Part shown: positions 36,664-46,237 of the stretch, piece after piece
Layout of the letters: every line of letters begins with the position of its first letter
Position numbering within the stretch: the first letter of the stretch is position 1
DNA from: a virus
Lineage: Duplodnaviria > Caudoviricetes
DNA: 54,144 nt
Strand: one strand, 5' to 3'
Virus record (IMG/VR): IMGVR_UViG_3300036851_000065
Span: 1 to 54,144 of that record
The notes under the pieces: generated by a model
Seen by the model: the letters and a program-made list of their open reading frames with translations, nothing else
Databases searched by the model: none
What the model was told of the DNA's origin: nothing
Translations under genes and position numbers: made by a program

Positions 36664-37839
36664 TTGAAGATACTTTTTTGGGGTGATTCCCCAACAGTAC
36701 CAACAGGCTTTGGAAAAGTAAGTAATGAAGTTCTTAAAAGACTTCGATCTTATGGGCATGACATTTCAATTCTAGGGATCAATCATAATGGTGATCCTTA
36801 TGATCATGAAGAATTTCCATATAGATTATATCCCTGTGCTCAGGGTAATACAGACATGCTTTATGGATTAAGCAAGTTGTGGGCTGTGGTTCAACATGAG
36901 AAGCCCGACCTGCTTTTTATGTTGAATGATCCGTGGCTTATCAAAGATACCCTAGATAGAAAACCGGGTGAGTATCCTTACATGAAGACTTTGGCATACT
37001 ACCCCGTTGATGCTGGTCCTCTTAAACCAGAGTGGATAAAAATACTCAACTCATTTGATGCTCAGGTATGTTACTCGCATTTCGCAGAACGGGTTGTTAC
37101 CGATTCTAACAAAGGTAAGCGGCCTGATAATTTATATCAGATATACCACGGTGTTAACACTGAAACTTACTACCCAATAAACCAACAAAAAGCGCGGGCT
37201 GTATTAGGTATTCCTAACGATGTATTTATTGTAGGTATGGTAGCTAGAAACCAACCTCGTAAGAGATTCGATATCTTAATGAAAGCTTTTGTTGATTTTG
37301 CAAAAGATAAAGATGACGCGCGTTTATATCTACATACAGCGATGCATGATTTTGGTTTCGATATGCCAGACCTTATAAGACAGTTTGATATCGGAGACAA
37401 GCTCATTCTAACAGAAGGTTTGACTCCTGCTCGTGGTGTCGATGAAGAGAGACTTAATTTGATCTACAATACCTTTGATGTTAATGCATTGATAAGTTTA
37501 GGTGACGGTTTTGGGCTTCCAGTAGCAGAATCTATGGCTACAGGTTGTCCTCAACTTGTAAGTGGGCATTCTTGTCTACAAGAATTAGTCGAGGGACATG
37601 GAGGATTAACAGTAAATACACAATCTTGGTTACTTAACGGCAGTGAAATTAACACATGGGGTGGCTTGTCTGATCCCGATGATATAGCAACCAAGCTTAA
37701 CATACTCTATAATAATCAAGCACTTCGCATAAAGTTATCAGAGGATGGATATAACTTTATTAGGCAAGAACAGTTTTCATGGGATTCCATTGCTCAGCAG
37801 TTCCAGAAAATTATCAAAAAAATATTCCATCTAATTTAA
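36664..37839 (+). CDS. Glycosyltransferase, GT4 family
   Basis: MKILFWGDSP..PTGFG, IYHGVN, VARNQPRKR, GDGFGLPVAESMATGCP; likely TTG start after AAAGGA. Confidence 0.92.
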   Translation: MKILFWGDSPTVPTGFGKVSNEVLKRLRSYGHDISILGINHNGDPYDHEEFPYRLYPCAQGNTDMLYGLSKLWAVVQHEKPDLLFMLNDPWLIKDTLDRKPGEYPYMKTLAYYPVDAGPLKPEWIKILNSFDAQVCYSHFAERVVTDSNKGKRPDNLYQIYHGVNTETYYPINQQKARAVLGIPNDVFIVGMVARNQPRKRFDILMKAFVDFAKDKDDARLYLHTAMHDFGFDMPDLIRQFDIGDKLILTEGLTPARGVDEERLNLIYNTFDVNALISLGDGFGLPVAESMATGCPQLVSGHSCLQELVEGHGGLTVNTQSWLLNGSEINTWGGLSDPDDIATKLNILYNNQALRIKLSEDGYNFIRQEQFSWDSIAQQFQKIIKKIFHLI

Positions 37840-37853
37840 GGAAAGGAGATAAC

Positions 37854-38657
37854 ATGTCTATTAATTATGACTCCCCAACACTAGCACCACCAAGAATAGA
37901 GTATGGTAGATTTTTACAACTATTACAAAGTAAGAATTCTCCCGCTGTTCCAGAGGCAATAGATATCTGGAACATTTTCATAGGTCAGGGTGTTGATCCT
38001 TCCTTTGCACTCGCTCAATATCGTGTGGAATCACAGTATGGTACAGCGGGTCATGCCGTAGTAACAGGATCATGGGGTAATATGCTTTATGATTCTAATT
38101 TAACTAAATTAGCAGTTAGTCGATATTCTCCCGGTAATGGATATACTTATGCTGTTTATGACAGCTATCGAAATGCGGCTATAGATTACGCTAGATATCT
38201 TCACTGGTATAAAGATAAATATAATCTTTATACTATATATGAAGCAACTGCTAGATGGATAGGTAAGGTACCGGGTTCATCTGGACACATAAGTTATATT
38301 AATATCGTTATCAACGATATGTATGAATACGAGTTTCAAGATGGAAAATTTTATGAAGTTGGTGATAAGATGATTTATGGAGGCGCTCCCTTTGATCGAG
38401 CTACAGGAAGAATCGTACAGAAGTACCCGGTAATTAATGGTATGCCGCTGTATCGGGGAACAGATGGTTCAATACTAAAAAACTATAGTGGGCCTAGTAG
38501 CAAGATAGGAGACTTAAAATCTTATGCTTGGTACTTGGGTCTAGTTCAAGGTTCCACTGATTGGGGCATGATCTGTATTGGTACATCTGTTGCAGATGCC
38601 GATGCTACGTGGTGCTATATTCAGAATATTGATACTAATAAGATTGTGAATGTATAA
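37854..38657 (+). CDS. Endolysin, lysozyme-like/glucosaminidase (GH73-like)
   Basis: GVDPSFALAQ...ESQYG...N motif; AGGAG RBS. Confidence 0.7.
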   Translation: MSINYDSPTLAPPRIEYGRFLQLLQSKNSPAVPEAIDIWNIFIGQGVDPSFALAQYRVESQYGTAGHAVVTGSWGNMLYDSNLTKLAVSRYSPGNGYTYAVYDSYRNAAIDYARYLHWYKDKYNLYTIYEATARWIGKVPGSSGHISYINIVINDMYEYEFQDGKFYEVGDKMIYGGAPFDRATGRIVQKYPVINGMPLYRGTDGSILKNYSGPSSKIGDLKSYAWYLGLVQGSTDWGMICIGTSVADADATWCYIQNIDTNKIVNV

Positions 38658-39602
38658 ATGGCAATTTATCAAGAGCCTATAAAAGCAGATTTTTGGCAGC
38701 TTTATCGTGAGCCGGGAGGTAGTTATCTCGACCCCCTCGGACCTAAAAATTGCATGACACATACTGCTGCTCGTGCGGTAATGAGAAATTATGAGGGTAA
38801 AAGACCTACAGGAATTATGGGTGCTTGGCCCCCAACTGGGTATGTAATACGAAGATACACGGGTGATACTGTTGGTGGAGTAAATCATGGACAGGTTGCT
38901 AAAGTATTGTCTTCAAAATATAAGGTTTCTTTGGTTCTTAAATATGGATTTGACTTCGATGATATTGCAGACCTACTTGAAGAAACTCGTGGTGTTATGC
39001 TATCTTTATGGTATGAGCCTATTCTAGATTCTAGATTTAGAGGTTCATATACGTTCAACACTAACCACGAAATCTGGTTGAATGGAGTAGATAGAGACAG
39101 ACGTTTATTTACATATGTTATTGATCCTTTAGCAGACGGCAGAATGAGCGGGCTGTATAAAGGGCCGGGTAGTTATCCGTTTAGCTTGCTGCGTGAAGCA
39201 GCAGGAATGTTGAATGTATCTTCTACTGGATACAGAGCTTTGGGATTTGGTAAAGCTTACATAGCTTATACTAAAGCTACTGGTGATTTTGCTACTGTTC
39301 CTGCACCAACAGGAATAGATTTTGGAGGTACGCCAATGAATCAACTTGATGGACCGGCTGCTAAGGTATTATTAGCTGGACCTACAAGAAAAATGTTCTT
39401 GAAAAAAGGAACGCCTATTTACAAATGGGTATCAGCTAGAACTGCAAATGAGTTTGCAAGAAGTTCTAGGGATCAGTGGTTCGTAATGACAGGAATCCCC
39501 GGATCGGGTTGGAGAACTGTTGTAACAAGTAAGGTATACCCTGATGGAATAACAAGGATATTTGAAGCTTACGTACCTGTAGGCGCTGGACCAATAGTTT
39601 AG
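38658..39602 (+). CDS. Endolysin, C39-like cysteine peptidase
   Basis: NC..AA...M, NHEI, VIDPL pattern giving a Cys-His-Asp triad. Confidence 0.65.
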   Translation: MAIYQEPIKADFWQLYREPGGSYLDPLGPKNCMTHTAARAVMRNYEGKRPTGIMGAWPPTGYVIRRYTGDTVGGVNHGQVAKVLSSKYKVSLVLKYGFDFDDIADLLEETRGVMLSLWYEPILDSRFRGSYTFNTNHEIWLNGVDRDRRLFTYVIDPLADGRMSGLYKGPGSYPFSLLREAAGMLNVSSTGYRALGFGKAYIAYTKATGDFATVPAPTGIDFGGTPMNQLDGPAAKVLLAGPTRKMFLKKGTPIYKWVSARTANEFARSSRDQWFVMTGIPGSGWRTVVTSKVYPDGITRIFEAYVPVGAGPIV

Positions 39603-39610
39603 GAGAAAAA

Positions 39611-39739
39611 ATGACAGAAGAATATCCAGAAGATATCAAAAATGATATAGTTATTGATGAAGATGACGATGCGGAACCAGCCCCCGAAGATGGGGATGCT
39701 CCAACATTAGAAGATATAAAAAAATTGATAAACGAATAA
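39611..39739 (+). CDS. 42-aa acidic peptide in lysis cassette
   Basis: AGGAG RBS; MTEEYPEDIKNDIVIDEDDDAEPAPEDGD... Confidence 0.5.
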   Translation: MTEEYPEDIKNDIVIDEDDDAEPAPEDGDAPTLEDIKKLINE

Positions 39740-39755
39740 AGGGCGGTGATATAGT

Positions 39756-40106
39756 ATGAGTTTTAGTCTTTATGATTTACTTCCAGACGCAATACCATAT
39801 CCGATTAAATCGGGTATTGTTAGAGGAATTAGAACAGGAATTGCTGCTGTATTAGCAGGTGTTTCCGCTGCAATTGCAGATGGCTCTCTATTAGGGGTTG
39901 TTCAGATTATTCCACCAGCATATTTTCCGGCTGCTACAATGGCGTTAACAACTTTGTTTGTTGCTGTTGATAAATGGCTAAGAGAAAGAGGATTAGTAGA
40001 GGATGCAAAGGAAGCTGGTTTAATTCCACCAGATGCAAAGGAATTACCACAGGCATTACCTGTAGATGCAGATAAGGTAGAGGAAGCGAAACCGGATAAC
40101 GTTTAA
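39756..40106 (+). CDS. Holin (putative)
   Basis: Two hydrophobic helices after R.IRT, charged C-terminus, follows the lysins. Confidence 0.75.
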   Translation: MSFSLYDLLPDAIPYPIKSGIVRGIRTGIAAVLAGVSAAIADGSLLGVVQIIPPAYFPAATMALTTLFVAVDKWLRERGLVEDAKEAGLIPPDAKELPQALPVDADKVEEAKPDNV

Positions 40107-40123
40107 GTCTTGCCAGAGGGAAT

Positions 40124-40159
40124 GGGAGCTTGATTTATTTCAGGCTCCCTTTCTTTTTT
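40124..40159 (+). terminator. Intrinsic terminator ending the late operon
   Basis: GGGAGCTTGA/TCAGGCTCCC + T tract. Confidence 0.85.
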
Positions 40160-40165
40160 GTTTTG

Positions 40166-40195
40166 TTGACGTGGGGGCTTATTGTTTGGTAAAAT
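40166..40195 (+). promoter_or_regulatory. Sigma70-type promoter for replication genes
   Basis: TTGACG-18 bp-TAAAAT with extended TGn. Confidence 0.65.
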
Positions 40196-40366
40196 TGACT
40201 CAGGTAGGTAGGTTATGCCTAAAGAAAACAGAGACAATAAGGAGGGTAATGAAGACAAGACGCTTAGTTGATTTGAAGCTTATGTCCAGCATATAGTGAG
40301 AACTACGCCGATAAGGAACTGCCTATGCGGTACCAGCGTGATTAATAACAAGGAGATTGACCAGAT

Positions 40367-41131
40367 ATGTCGTTTGCAGAAACTACTAAAAGCTATTCCG
40401 AAACAAGAACTAGAACAGCCAGTGACTATGTTAAGTTTAGTCCTGAGTACAGAGTTGTTTTACGTATCCTTGATGAGAAAGCAAAACTGTCTTGGAAGCA
40501 CTGGATAAGGGAAGCAAATAAGAGTGAAGATGGTACTGCTCGTGGAATGTTTGCTACCTGTCCAAATATAACAGCCCAAACAAAAGTATGTCCTATTGAA
40601 GATATGCTAAAGGGCCTAGAAAAAGATGATCCGACTTATATGGATAAGCGGGCTAAGAAACGATTCCTAGTCAACGTATTAGATCGTACACCATATACGG
40701 TCTGTGGTGCTTGCAACGAACAGACACCTTCTGCTACAGGTAAGAAGTGCATAAATTGTGAGGCCGATGTAAAGAAGAATGATTTTGTTCCACTAAACAA
40801 GATTAAAATTCTTGAAGGTGGTCCACAGTTATTCGCTACTACACTAAATGCCGTAGAAACTATGGGCCTAGAAGATTGGGAGAAGAATATCACTGAATAT
40901 GATATCACATTCCAGACTCAGGGTACAGGCCGTGATCGAAAAATTGCAGCTATCCCACAACAACCCTCAGAACTTAGTGAATCTGATTTCATTGATCCTG
41001 AAACTCAGGAACCACAGAAAAGATTTGATCTGGAATTGCTCTCAGAGCCAAACACTGTTGAAGAAATTCACCTTCTACTTGAAGGTGCTGGCATAGCTCA
41101 ACTCAACGAGTTAAGAGGCATAACAGCATAA
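40367..41131 (+). CDS. Single-stranded DNA-binding protein (T4 gp32-like) with extra Zn ribbon
   Basis: LRIL..HWI..CP..CPI..KRFLVNVLDR..KILEGG..YDI...GTG pattern; CGAC...CINC insert. Confidence 0.7.
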   Translation: MSFAETTKSYSETRTRTASDYVKFSPEYRVVLRILDEKAKLSWKHWIREANKSEDGTARGMFATCPNITAQTKVCPIEDMLKGLEKDDPTYMDKRAKKRFLVNVLDRTPYTVCGACNEQTPSATGKKCINCEADVKKNDFVPLNKIKILEGGPQLFATTLNAVETMGLEDWEKNITEYDITFQTQGTGRDRKIAAIPQQPSELSESDFIDPETQEPQKRFDLELLSEPNTVEEIHLLLEGAGIAQLNELRGITA

Positions 41132-41135
41132 GGAA

Positions 41136-41537
41136 ATGCCAATGAACGAGGAACCTAAATCTCTTGAACGTTGGCACTTTGAATTAAAGTCAATAGGGAA
41201 AAAACACTGGGTGACATTCTACGAGAGTTTTCTCGGGGTGTCACCCTCTAATATACCTAGACTTTTCAAAACATTATCCCTATATGGATACTGGCCTTTA
41301 TTTGAGGCTATCGTTGAGAGTGCTGATAAACCACTAGAGGGGGACAAACTCAACTATGTCGTTGTCGTTGCTAAGAACAAATTTAAGGAACAGCAGGAAG
41401 AACTTGACAATACGGATGAATATGCTCAATCAATCGAAGAATCGAAGGAAAGCACAAGGTCAGCTAATCAGGTCTTGGAGCGAAAGATCAAGGGAAGAAA
41501 TAAATGCCGGTCAAAACCATTACCAAAACAGCCGTAG
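41136..41537 (+). CDS. Hypothetical replication-region protein
   Basis: ORF in operon. Confidence 0.55.
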   Translation: MPMNEEPKSLERWHFELKSIGKKHWVTFYESFLGVSPSNIPRLFKTLSLYGYWPLFEAIVESADKPLEGDKLNYVVVVAKNKFKEQQEELDNTDEYAQSIEESKESTRSANQVLERKIKGRNKCRSKPLPKQP

Positions 41538-41716
41538 TATGTGATAAATGTCAACAAGAAATAATATATGGCGTACAATTAATACAAGGAAATCTAAAAA
41601 TTACAGAGTATAGTCAAGACTCAGGACATGGCCCCAAGGTATACGTACAAGATGGTGGAATACAAAGATTCTATCATACAGAGTGCTTGGCTAACTTGGC
41701 TAAAGGGAGCCTATAA
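41504..41716 (+). CDS. Small Zn-binding protein
   Basis: CDKC...HTEC. Confidence 0.55.
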   Translation: MPVKTITKTAVVCDKCQQEIIYGVQLIQGNLKITEYSQDSGHGPKVYVQDGGIQRFYHTECLANLAKGSL

Positions 41717-42033
41717 TGCCAGTTAATCGCATAGATTCTAAACATTTACATAGGCAGATTGCTTTTAGCACAGAAAAATTTGGTCCGGGTACTCGGACTA
41801 AGGGCGTAATAAATCACATTAAGAAAGAGCTTAAAGAAATAGAGGCCAATCCACTTGATCTGTATGAATGGGTTGACATTATTATCTTAGGTTTTGATGG
41901 TGCTTGGCGAGCGGGCTATAAACCACAAGAAATCATTGATGCTATTGTAGAAAAGCAAACAAAGAACGAACGTAGGGAGTGGCCCGACTGGAAAACCTCT
42001 AGTGCTGATAAAGCTATTGAGCATGTACGATGA
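41716..42033 (+). CDS. dATP/dGTP pyrophosphohydrolase-like (DUF550)
   Basis: FGP...GVINHIKKELKE...P.DLYEWVDIIILGFDGAWRAG...N..R.WPDW. Confidence 0.85.
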   Translation: MPVNRIDSKHLHRQIAFSTEKFGPGTRTKGVINHIKKELKEIEANPLDLYEWVDIIILGFDGAWRAGYKPQEIIDAIVEKQTKNERREWPDWKTSSADKAIEHVR

Positions 42034-42206
42034 AAACTTTAGTAGTTATCGGTTTAACAGTCCTCATGATTTTGTTTTTTTCAATGCTAGAAGAAGAGAG
42101 TTTTGCCAAAGATTGTCATGCTGTTGATGGTGTGGTAATTGGCTATGGAGACGCTCGACAATGTATTGCTCCTGACGGGAGAATCATTCCAATTCGGGGT
42201 AGATAA
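42030..42206 (+). CDS. Small membrane/secreted protein
   Basis: Hydrophobic N-terminus, two Cys, coupled on both sides. Confidence 0.55.
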   Translation: MKTLVVIGLTVLMILFFSMLEEESFAKDCHAVDGVVIGYGDARQCIAPDGRIIPIRGR

Positions 42207-42412
42207 TGTGTAGCACATGTCAAACAACACAAGGGCCATTTATTACTATAGCTCCTAATGTTAAAGTATGCGGTCCTATTCAATATGAAAAAGAAACAGG
42301 CAGAATACGTGGCCGCGTGTTGGAGTGTAACAACAGGCGGCGGGCTCTAGAAAATCTTTGGTACGGTAAACCAGATATATTACAGGAGCCTATAGTTACT
42401 AAACAGGAGTAG
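42206..42412 (+). CDS. Small Cys4 Zn-binding protein
   Basis: CSTC...VC...EC. Confidence 0.55.
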   Translation: MCSTCQTTQGPFITIAPNVKVCGPIQYEKETGRIRGRVLECNNRRRALENLWYGKPDILQEPIVTKQE

Positions 42413-42415
42413 TAT

Positions 42416-43702
42416 TTGAATATCATACCTCACGCTCTAGATTTTGAGAAAGCTGTTATAGCTTCCGTTTTACAAGACCCATTACTACTTCCTAAGATTC
42501 AAAACTTGGTAGAACCAGATGATTTTTATGGTGCAAACCATAAAGAGATATGGAAGGTTATTAATTCTTTTGAATTAGGTCAGGTTGACTCTCTTGCTGT
42601 AGCTGATAAACTTCGAACAGATGTACAACCTTACTTCAAGGAAATTGTAGAAGATAGTGATAGAATTCTTCCTTCGATTTCCAATGCTTTGTTTTACGCC
42701 GAGGTTATACATCAGAAGAGTAAGCTGCGGGCTGGAATTGAGCTAGGACAGAATATAATTGCGGCCTGTTACCAAGAGACAGATGCAGAAGAGGCTATTC
42801 AACAACTTGAAGAAATGTTTGCGCATTTCTTACAGAAAAGAGTGCTTGAAAATAAGTCTGAATCTACACAGGAATCATTTAAGCAATTTCTAAAGACGCT
42901 TGGCACTCGTGAACCAGACGATCCTAACGCAATAAGAACTGGCTTTAGAGAATTAGATTTACTCCTTCAAAGACTAGAAGGATTAATAGTATTAGCTGCT
43001 CGTCCCTCTATGGGTAAGACAGCACTAGCTTTGAATATCATTGCCAATGTAGCTGAGAAGCACCCTGTTTTATTCTTTTCATTAGAGCAGAGTGAAACAC
43101 AGGTATTTGAACGGCTACTAGCTTCCGAGGCAGAGCTACCTCTAGAGGATATTAGACTTGGTGTTTATGACACTGAGTTATTAGAGTCTGCTGAGAAGCG
43201 TTTGGTTTATCTCATGGAGAATATCCATGTAGATCAGAATGCTAACGTTTCTGTCTCTTACGTTACTTCTGTGTCCCGACAAAAGAAATATGAGTGGGGC
43301 AAGATCGGTCTTATAGTCATTGACTATCTGCACATAATGAAATTAGGAGCTAATAAAAATACTACCGACTTATTAGAAGATGCAGTACGGGAACTTCGTG
43401 CTTTAGGTAAAGAGTTAGATTGTCCGATTCTTTTGCTTGCGCAGTTATCTCGTGGTGTTGAATCTAATGAGAGAAAGAAGAATCGGCGACCAGAATTATC
43501 TGATTTAAGAGGGTCGGGTGGTATTGAACAAAGCGCGGACTCCGTAGTATTTCTCTATCGAGAATCTTATTACGATCAAGCTGGACTTGCCCCTGATGTA
43601 GATTATACAGAGGTTATTGTACGTAAGAACAGAAACGGTAGGCAGGGCAATATTAATCTAAAATGGTACCCAAAAATTGTAGCATTTAAGGATGAACGAT
43701 GA
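42416..43702 (+). CDS. dnaB: Replicative DNA helicase
   Basis: AARPSMGKT, FFSLE, IVIDYLH, LAQLSR, RPELSDLRGSGGIEQSAD, KNRNG. Confidence 0.97.
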   Translation: MNIIPHALDFEKAVIASVLQDPLLLPKIQNLVEPDDFYGANHKEIWKVINSFELGQVDSLAVADKLRTDVQPYFKEIVEDSDRILPSISNALFYAEVIHQKSKLRAGIELGQNIIAACYQETDAEEAIQQLEEMFAHFLQKRVLENKSESTQESFKQFLKTLGTREPDDPNAIRTGFRELDLLLQRLEGLIVLAARPSMGKTALALNIIANVAEKHPVLFFSLEQSETQVFERLLASEAELPLEDIRLGVYDTELLESAEKRLVYLMENIHVDQNANVSVSYVTSVSRQKKYEWGKIGLIVIDYLHIMKLGANKNTTDLLEDAVRELRALGKELDCPILLLAQLSRGVESNERKKNRRPELSDLRGSGGIEQSADSVVFLYRESYYDQAGLAPDVDYTEVIVRKNRNGRQGNINLKWYPKIVAFKDER

Positions 43703-43881
43703 CAGCAGATGAATTAATGTCAAGTTTAGAAGGTTTACCTACGGATGATCCCGAAGGTGATCACAGTATGATAGACCAAATTATTGCAGATTATCTAGCG
43801 TACCGAGTTGAGCAAGACGATCCTTTAGCCTCTCATATTTTAGAGGTTTGGGAACAAATAGAAGTTAAATGGTATTCGTAG
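43699..43881 (+). CDS. Hypothetical small phage protein
   Basis: D.E..H...D...KWY pattern; ATGA overlap. Confidence 0.6.
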   Translation: MTADELMSSLEGLPTDDPEGDHSMIDQIIADYLAYRVEQDDPLASHILEVWEQIEVKWYS

Positions 43882-44259
43882 TCATGAGCCTATAAAACAA
43901 GGCTCTACAGCTATTATACAGGCGGTGGGAACAAGTATGAAGCGGTTGTTACGTTGGATTTTGCCTGACGATATGTGGAAAAACTTTCGATTAGATGTTT
44001 GGATATTCACTGGTCAACTTTATTGGCACGTGGTTAGATATGATTTTTGGGAAGAGAAAAAAGAAAAATAAGGGGATGATTCTTAGTGGCACGATTTATG
44101 AGCTACAATGACAAAAAATGGTGGTGGTTTATTCTCTACCTTAACATGGCTGGTACTAAGAAAGCTGACCCTGATACATATGACATGCTATTAGATATGA
44201 TGTTGATTGTCTTTAACCAAGAAGAGGATAGTACACGCACTAGAAGGTTGTTTATGTAA

Positions 44260-44895
44260 ATGGTACGAATGGTTCGTCAAAAGAAAGAGTGGGTATGCGC
44301 TAAATGCGAGACTAAATACCTTGCTTGGCAAGGAATATGTAATGATTGTGGATTTGGCGGAACGCTAGAAGAGAAAGAATTAATACCTTCTAAGACTGTA
44401 TCAAAAGAAACTCCTGTGCGTAGAAAGATACGACGTAGATGGAAAGACTCTGAACGCGGTATAGCACGTAGAATGCAAGACGTTGATGGCGCTGATCCCA
44501 TGTTCTCAAAGATTACCACAAGTACAGGTAGAGTGGGGGCTATAACCCATCTTCAATTTGATGCTGTATCAAAGAACTATGTTACCGAAAATAAGAACGT
44601 GGTGTTAGCCAAGTGGATTATAGATGCTTGGATACAGATACAGCAACGCGCTATTGATTTCAACAAACAGCCACTACTGCACTTTGATCCCCCCAACATG
44701 CCCAAAACATTTCCCATTAATGGCACAAAACAGAAGACTGAAACTATGGCAATTATAACACAATCTCGCCATGAGGATTTGATTCGTTGCGAGCAAGCTC
44801 TCACTGTTGCCCTTGAAGCTCTTGTAGCCAACGAAGATGAATCATACGCGGTAGAACTTATAGATAATATATTACACCCACATAATAACTCCTAG
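44260..44895 (+). CDS. RadA-type Zn ribbon fused to a PD-(D/E)xK (resolvase-like) nuclease
   Basis: WVCAKC..KY..WQG.C..CG; WKDSER.IA...FDAV...ENKN. Confidence 0.6.
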   Translation: MVRMVRQKKEWVCAKCETKYLAWQGICNDCGFGGTLEEKELIPSKTVSKETPVRRKIRRRWKDSERGIARRMQDVDGADPMFSKITTSTGRVGAITHLQFDAVSKNYVTENKNVVLAKWIIDAWIQIQQRAIDFNKQPLLHFDPPNMPKTFPINGTKQKTETMAIITQSRHEDLIRCEQALTVALEALVANEDESYAVELIDNILHPHNNS

Positions 44896-44934
44896 AATTA
44901 AGGGGGTTTAAATGAGACAAGGCAGAAAGAATTC

Positions 44935-45255
44935 GTGGTTGATACCAAACTTATCAAGAGGGTTGACAATCGAGAAGATCGGTCTATAGTATTAGGGCAA
45001 GTCCAGAAGGGTTTGACAAGGCAATTTCCCCCTAATGAAGATGGAGGTATCAAGATACCTGATGATGTATGGAGCGAGTGGATAACTGTTGCGCAGTATT
45101 TATGTCATGTATTTCCTGATCCTGATATCTATGATTTATTCATTTGGATTAGAGAAGAACTTAACGGTTGCCAGCCATTATCCGACGCTCAAATTGAGCG
45201 TGCTGACTATGAAATTGAACGTGAGTTAGCGCGTGAATCTAGAAAGTTTGATTGA
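44935..45255 (+). CDS. Hypothetical protein
   Basis: ORF in operon. Confidence 0.5.
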   Translation: MVDTKLIKRVDNREDRSIVLGQVQKGLTRQFPPNEDGGIKIPDDVWSEWITVAQYLCHVFPDPDIYDLFIWIREELNGCQPLSDAQIERADYEIERELARESRKFD

Positions 45256-45532
45256 AGAAGTTAGAACATACATCAACTCGATTGATGTTACACAAGAAGG
45301 GGAACATATTTATTCGAACTATGAAGAGATAATTGCTATTAGTTTACGTCTCCAAGAAATACATAATGAGATAGCCCTTCTAGAAATTAGAGGGGAAGCT
45401 ACTAATGAGCTAAAGAAATTTCGCACAATGGTATTGGATTCTTCGCTTGAACGTCTTGATAAACTCGCTGTGTTTGAATCGAGAAAAATTACAGCTAAGA
45501 GGCAAGAGTGGGAAATGAATGGAAAGGATTAA
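45233..45532 (+). CDS. Hypothetical coiled-coil protein
   Basis: ORF in operon. Confidence 0.55.
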   Translation: MNLESLIEEVRTYINSIDVTQEGEHIYSNYEEIIAISLRLQEIHNEIALLEIRGEATNELKKFRTMVLDSSLERLDKLAVFESRKITAKRQEWEMNGKD

Positions 45533-45536
45533 ATAA

Positions 45537-45779
45537 GTGGCCGCTCCTGTTGTTTATAATGATTCTACATATCAAACAGTTATTATTTTTCGTGGGCCTT
45601 TAACTGAGGCCATTATAACAGATATAGAGCTAGGTGTAACTGCTAAGGGATACGCTAAGCTCAATGAAACTGATGAGTACGATAAAGATTTTGGTGAATA
45701 CCTTGCGCTAGTTAGAGCAACTAGCAGACTTCTTTCTAAGCTAGAAAAAAGAGCAGTAAAGAATGGAGCTTATCGGTGA
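45537..45779 (+). CDS. Hypothetical phage protein
   Basis: GYAK....D.YD..FG..LA..RA motif seen in small phage proteins. Confidence 0.6.
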   Translation: MAAPVVYNDSTYQTVIIFRGPLTEAIITDIELGVTAKGYAKLNETDEYDKDFGEYLALVRATSRLLSKLEKRAVKNGAYR

Positions 45780-45940
45780 GCGCAGCCGTTGGTTATTGGA
45801 TCGCTATGATCCTAATTGGTTTTAATCTTGGTGTGATAGTTGCAAGTACAGCTAATATTTTTATCCTTGTTTCTTTAGTGCTTTCAACAGTAGTTGCAAT
45901 CTATTCTATACTGAATGGTTTTGAAGCGGAGGTAAGTTAG
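45776..45940 (+). CDS. 54-aa two-TM membrane protein
   Basis: GTGA overlap start, hydrophobic, TAG stop. Confidence 0.55.
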   Translation: MSAAVGYWIAMILIGFNLGVIVASTANIFILVSLVLSTVVAIYSILNGFEAEVS

Positions 45941-46228
45941 GTGTCACTTAGAGAGTACAAGAAAGCTGTAGATCGAACAGGTATAGCACAACTGACTCTT
46001 ACTAATGACAAGGGTGAAGCTCACTTTGTTGGTAATGCTGTTAGCATGACCCATCTAAAGAACGATAAGTTAAAGTTTCGTTGGAATATTGAAGAGCAGC
46101 AAGACTGGTATAAGTATACCCACGCTCTCTTACACGTTGGACCTAGGATTTATCTGGCCTATGAAATTGCGGGGCTAAACTTAGCCCCCGACACAGGAAA
46201 GATTGAGTTTGTGTTCACAGATTTATAA
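45941..46228 (+). CDS. Hypothetical protein
   Basis: GGAGGT RBS. Confidence 0.55.
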   Translation: MSLREYKKAVDRTGIAQLTLTNDKGEAHFVGNAVSMTHLKNDKLKFRWNIEEQQDWYKYTHALLHVGPRIYLAYEIAGLNLAPDTGKIEFVFTDL

Positions 46229-46237
46229 GAGGACTAG

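Noticed and set aside
8149-44831. Many short antisense or alternate-frame ORFs inside structural and replication genes
   Set aside because: Fully nested in well-supported genes, with no motif support.
44963-44990. Promoter TTGACA-16-TATAGT
   Set aside because: Short spacer and intragenic position; cannot be supported without transcription data.
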